This document shows, one piece after another, positions 60,426-64,000 of a DNA stretch of 64,000 nucleotides (within the stretch, counting starts at the first letter, position 1; each line of letters opens with the position of its first letter). The notes under the pieces were generated by a model, which saw nothing but the letters and a program-made list of their open reading frames with translations, had not been told where the DNA came from and did not search any database. The stretch lies in contig CAVVKJ010000005.1 in the NCBI GenBank assembly GCA_963748815.1, forward strand, positions 416,001 through 480,000, given 5' to 3'. The position numbers were made by a program, and so were the translations under genes. Source of the stretch: an uncultured Gemmatimonadales bacterium (lineage in GTDB: Bacteria > Gemmatimonadota > Gemmatimonadetes > Gemmatimonadales > GWC2-71-9).

Positions 60426-60488
60426 GGATCACACCGGTTGAGGTGGAGGAACCTTATGGGGGAGAAGGCGTTGCGGCAAGGCATCGCG

Positions 60489-60517
60489 TTGAGAATTGCC
60501 CCCGGCGGCCGTACCTT
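60489..60517 (+). promoter_or_regulatory. putative sigma70 promoter
   Basis: TTGAGA-N17-TACCTT, 6 nt before GTG 60524. Confidence 0.6.
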
Positions 60518-60523
60518 CCACCT

Positions 60524-61579
60524 GTGCCGGACAACCCGCAGCTCACCGCTTCTCACCCTGCCGCGCAATGCCTGGTCGTCGACGACGATGCGCAGGTTCG
60601 TGACGCGCTGGTGCGTGTCATCCAGTCCCAGGGCCTCTCCTGTGTCTCGGCCGCCTCCGCCGACGCGGCGCTCGCCCGGCTCGAGGCGCAGGGCGAGGTG
60701 GCGGTGCTCATCAGCGACATCCGGATGCCGGGGACCGACGGGGTGGCGCTGCTGGAGGAAGTGCGCCGGCGCTACCCCGACACCGCGGTGATCATGCTGA
60801 GCGCCGTGGCCGACGTTCAGATTGCCGTGGACTGCCTGAAGAAGGGGGCGCTCGACTACATCGCCAAGCCGATGATCCTCGGCGAGGTCCAGGTCCGGGT
60901 GACGAAGGCCCTCGAGAAGCGGGAGCTCACGCTCCAGAACCGGTATTACCAGCGCCATCTGGAGGAGGAGGTGCGCCGCCAGCGCATCCGGATCCAGGAG
61001 CTCTTTCTCGAGGGCGCCCAGACGCTGGCGCACGCGCTCGAAGCGAAGGACGCGTACACGCGCGGGCACTCGCAGCGGGTGCGCGAGTATGCCGTCCGCA
61101 CCGCCGTGCTGCTCGGCTACACCGGGGAGTTTCTCGACGACATCCGGCTCGGTGCGGAACTCCACGACATCGGCAAGATCGGGACGCGCGAGGTGATTCT
61201 GAACAAGCCCGCCCGCCTCACGCCCGACGAGTTTCGGCACGTCATGGAGCACACCGTGCTTGGCGAGAAAATCCTCGCCCCGCTCGCGCACGACCGGCCG
61301 GTCGTCCTGAACATCGCTCGGTCTCACCATGAGCGGCTCGACGGCGACGGGTTCCCCGACGGACTCCGCGGGGAACGCATCCCGATGGAGGCGCGCATCG
61401 TGGCCGTGGTGGACGCCTTCGACGCGATGACCACCAACCGGGCCTATCGGGAATCACTGTTGCCTCGCGATGCCTACGAAGAGCTCCGGCGCTGCGCCGG
61501 GCTCCAATTCGAGCCGACGGTGGTCGAGGCGTTCTGCACCGCCTTCCCCGATCCGGCCAAGCTTCCCATCCACGTTTGA
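60524..61579 (+). CDS. response regulator with HD-GYP phosphodiesterase domain (RpfG-like)
   Basis: VVDDD, SDIRMP, KP receiver motifs; HSQRV, LHDIGK, HHERLDGDGFP, DAFDAMT. Confidence 0.92.
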   Translation: MPDNPQLTASHPAAQCLVVDDDAQVRDALVRVIQSQGLSCVSAASADAALARLEAQGEVAVLISDIRMPGTDGVALLEEVRRRYPDTAVIMLSAVADVQIAVDCLKKGALDYIAKPMILGEVQVRVTKALEKRELTLQNRYYQRHLEEEVRRQRIRIQELFLEGAQTLAHALEAKDAYTRGHSQRVREYAVRTAVLLGYTGEFLDDIRLGAELHDIGKIGTREVILNKPARLTPDEFRHVMEHTVLGEKILAPLAHDRPVVLNIARSHHERLDGDGFPDGLRGERIPMEARIVAVVDAFDAMTTNRAYRESLLPRDAYEELRRCAGLQFEPTVVEAFCTAFPDPAKLPIHV

Positions 61580-61605
61580 CGCCCGCCTCCGGCGGGGGAT
61601 CTGCA

Positions 61606-62970
61606 ATGAGCGACACCCTGATGGTCAGCGTTTCCGGCATGCGAGGCATCGTCGGCAAGGACCTCACCCCCGAGCTGGTGGCACGCCACGCCGCCGCCCT
61701 CGGCGCGTGGGCGGCCGCCGGCGGAAAGCCGCGGGTGGTGCTCGGGCGGGACGCGCGCACCAGCGGGCCGATGTTCGCCCGCGCCGCCACGGCCGGCCTG
61801 ATGTCGGTCGGCGTTGAGGTGATCGACATCGGGGTCGTCCCCACGCCGACCCTCCAGTTGGCGGTGGAGCACCACCACGCCGGCGCCGGCCTGATGCTCA
61901 CCGCCAGCCACAACCCGGTCGAGTGGAACGCGCTCAAGCTGGTCGGGCCGGACGGGATCTTTCTCGATGCCGACTCGGGTGCGGCGGTCCGGGCGCTGGC
62001 GGAACGGGGCCCGGCGCGCGCCGCCTGGGACGGGGTCGGCGAGGTGCGGGAAGACCCCGAGGCGATCGCCCGTCACCTCCAGCAGGTGCTGGAGCTCCCC
62101 ATGATCGATGTCGCGCGGATCCGGGCACGACGCTTTCACGTGGCGCTCGACTGTGTCCGGGGGGCAGGCGGCACCTCCATCCCGCCCCTGCTCGAGTCCC
62201 TCGGCTGCCGGGTGACCGCCATCAACCTCGAGACCGATGGCCGGTTTCCGCGCGCTCCCGAACCGCTCCCGGAAAACCTGGGTGACCTCTCGCGCCTGGT
62301 GCGCGAGTCCGGCGCCGACATCGGCATGGCCGTGGACCCGGATGTCGACCGCCTCGCCCTCGTGGATGAGCGGGGCGACCCGATCGGCGAGGACTACACC
62401 CTGTCGTTCGCCGTCCGGGCGGTGCTCCGCGGTTTGGAGGCCGCGGCCGAGAAGCCGGCGGTCGTCGTGAACCTGTCGACCAGCCTGGTGGTGGAGGACG
62501 CCGCCCGCGAGCATGGTGCCCGGTTCTTCCGGGCGCCGGTCGGGGAGGCGAACGTCGCCCGGATGATCGAGGACGAGGGGGCCGTCGTGGGCGGGGAAGG
62601 CAACGGCGGCGTGATCCTGCCCTCGGTGCACATCGGGCGGGATGCCCCGATCGGGGTGGCCCTTATCTTGCAACTTCTGGTCGAGTCCGGGCAGACGGTC
62701 TCCGCGCTGGTCGGTGCCGCGCCCCGCTATCACATTGTCAAAGCGAAGGCTCCGCGTGGTGCGGACCTTGCCCCCGCCTACCAGGCGCTGCGGAAGCGTT
62801 TCGCAGATGCCACGGTGGACGATCGCGACGGATTGCGGCTGTCGTGGCCGGATCGGTGGGTCCACCTGCGGCCGTCGGGCACCGAGCCGATCATTCGGTT
62901 CATCGCCGAGGCGCCCACCGCCGCCGATGCGGAATCGCTGATTCAGGCCTGCCGGTCGCTGGTGAGCTGA
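61606..62970 (+). CDS. glmM: phosphoglucosamine mutase (alpha-D-phosphohexomutase)
   Basis: TASHNP, DPDVDR, GGEGNGG, LRPSGTEP; directly upstream of glmS. Confidence 0.85.
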   Translation: MSDTLMVSVSGMRGIVGKDLTPELVARHAAALGAWAAAGGKPRVVLGRDARTSGPMFARAATAGLMSVGVEVIDIGVVPTPTLQLAVEHHHAGAGLMLTASHNPVEWNALKLVGPDGIFLDADSGAAVRALAERGPARAAWDGVGEVREDPEAIARHLQQVLELPMIDVARIRARRFHVALDCVRGAGGTSIPPLLESLGCRVTAINLETDGRFPRAPEPLPENLGDLSRLVRESGADIGMAVDPDVDRLALVDERGDPIGEDYTLSFAVRAVLRGLEAAAEKPAVVVNLSTSLVVEDAAREHGARFFRAPVGEANVARMIEDEGAVVGGEGNGGVILPSVHIGRDAPIGVALILQLLVESGQTVSALVGAAPRYHIVKAKAPRGADLAPAYQALRKRFADATVDDRDGLRLSWPDRWVHLRPSGTEPIIRFIAEAPTAADAESLIQACRSLVS

Positions 62971-62987
62971 ACCGAGGGAGTGGGACT

Positions 62988-64000
62988 ATGTGCGGAGTTG
63001 TCGGGTATGTGGGCCCCCGCCAGGCGGCGGCGATTCTCCTCGACGGCTTGCGTCGGATGGAGTATCGCGGATACGACTCGGCCGGCATCGCGGTCATCAA
63101 CGGCACGGGCCTCAAGATCCACAAGGCGGCGGGCAAGCTCAGCAACCTCGAGAAGCAGGTCGCCGACCACCTCCCGTCCGGCACGATCGGCATCGGTCAC
63201 ACCCGCTGGGCCACCCACGGCGCCCCCACCACTCCGAACGCCCATCCCCACACCGACCAGACCGGCCGGATCGCGCTGATCCACAACGGCATCATCGAGA
63301 ATGCCGGGTCGATCCGGAAGGCGCTGCTCAAGCGCGACCACATCTTCACCTCCGAGACGGACACCGAGGTGCTCGCGCACCTGGTCGGCGAGCTCTACCA
63401 GGGCGACCTGGAGGAGGCCGTCGCCGCGGCGTTGCGCGAAGTCGATGGCGCCTACGGCATCGCGGTGATTTCCGCCGACGAGCCGGACGTGCTGGTGGCG
63501 GCCCGGAACGGGTCTCCCCTGATCGTCGGCGTCGGCGAGAACGAGCGTTTCGTGGCCTCCGACGCCTCGCCGCTGCTCGAGCACACCCGCTCGGTCGTGT
63601 ATCTCGACGACGGGGAAATGGTCATCCTGACCCGCGACGGGTACCGGGTGCGCGACCTCGAGGTCAAGAACATCGACAAGCCGGTCAACCAGATCGACTG
63701 GGACCTCGCGACGATCGAGAAGGGCGGCAACGAGCACTTCATGCTCAAGGAGATCTGCGAGCAGCCGGAGTCGCTCGCCAACACCCTCCGCGGGCACCTG
63801 CTCGAGGAGGAAGGCACCGCCCGGGTCAGCGGCCTCAACATGACCGACGACGAGCTTATCGCGGTCGAGCGGATCATCATCACCGCCTGCGGCACCTCCT
63901 GGCACAGCGCCCTGATCGGCGAGTACATGCTCGAGGAACTGGCCCGCGTCCCGGTCGAGGTGGAGTACGCCTCCGAGTTCCGGTACCGCAATCCCGTGGT
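62988..64000 (+). CDS. glmS: glutamine--fructose-6-phosphate transaminase, 3' end outside the window
   Basis: MCGVVGY, EYRGYDSAG, GHTRWATHG, HNGIIEN, ACGTS. Confidence 0.97.
   Translation, partial: MCGVVGYVGPRQAAAILLDGLRRMEYRGYDSAGIAVINGTGLKIHKAAGKLSNLEKQVADHLPSGTIGIGHTRWATHGAPTTPNAHPHTDQTGRIALIHNGIIENAGSIRKALLKRDHIFTSETDTEVLAHLVGELYQGDLEEAVAAALREVDGAYGIAVISADEPDVLVAARNGSPLIVGVGENERFVASDASPLLEHTRSVVYLDDGEMVILTRDGYRVRDLEVKNIDKPVNQIDWDLATIEKGGNEHFMLKEICEQPESLANTLRGHLLEEEGTARVSGLNMTDDELIAVERIIITACGTSWHSALIGEYMLEELARVPVEVEYASEFRYRNPV

Noticed and set aside
60426..60523. SAM riboswitch upstream of the cystathionine gamma-synthase family gene
   Set aside because: Short divergent promoter region with no recognisable SAM-I/II/IV core
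62971..62987. glmS ribozyme
   Set aside because: Only 17 nt between glmM and glmS, containing just an SD

Overview
High-GC, gene-dense bacterial chromosomal segment of about 68 CDS. The gene content and style suggest Gemmatimonadota (inference, no search run). It is mostly core metabolism: LeuA-like synthase, isocitrate dehydrogenase, acyl-CoA dehydrogenase-etfBA-ETF:QO, a long minus-strand gpmI/queD-like/fdhD/mobA/mobB/moeA/terC operon, guaB, three amino-acid transporters, nrnA-nifU-mrp, ppk2, a SigW-like ECF sigma/anti-sigma operon, late menaquinone genes (ubiE/menG, ubiA/mqnP, ubiD, ubiX), mutM plus a Cho/UvrC-like nuclease, purD, glmM and glmS. I saw no rRNA, tRNA, CRISPR array, transposase or prophage. 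Most notable observations: (1) a non-canonical Ddl-like ATP-grasp ligase convergent with a zinc metallopeptidase, behind a DUF885 protein that has lost its metal ligands; (2) two exact SigW-type promoters (TGAAAC-N16/17-CGTA) near the SigW-like sigma gene; (3) a recurring leaderless-mRNA signature; (4) two small ORFs missing from the ORF track; (5) a QueD/PTPS variant lacking the catalytic Cys inside a Moco operon; (6) intergenic 7-8 bp tandem repeats; (7) several frameshifts that are probably assembly indels.
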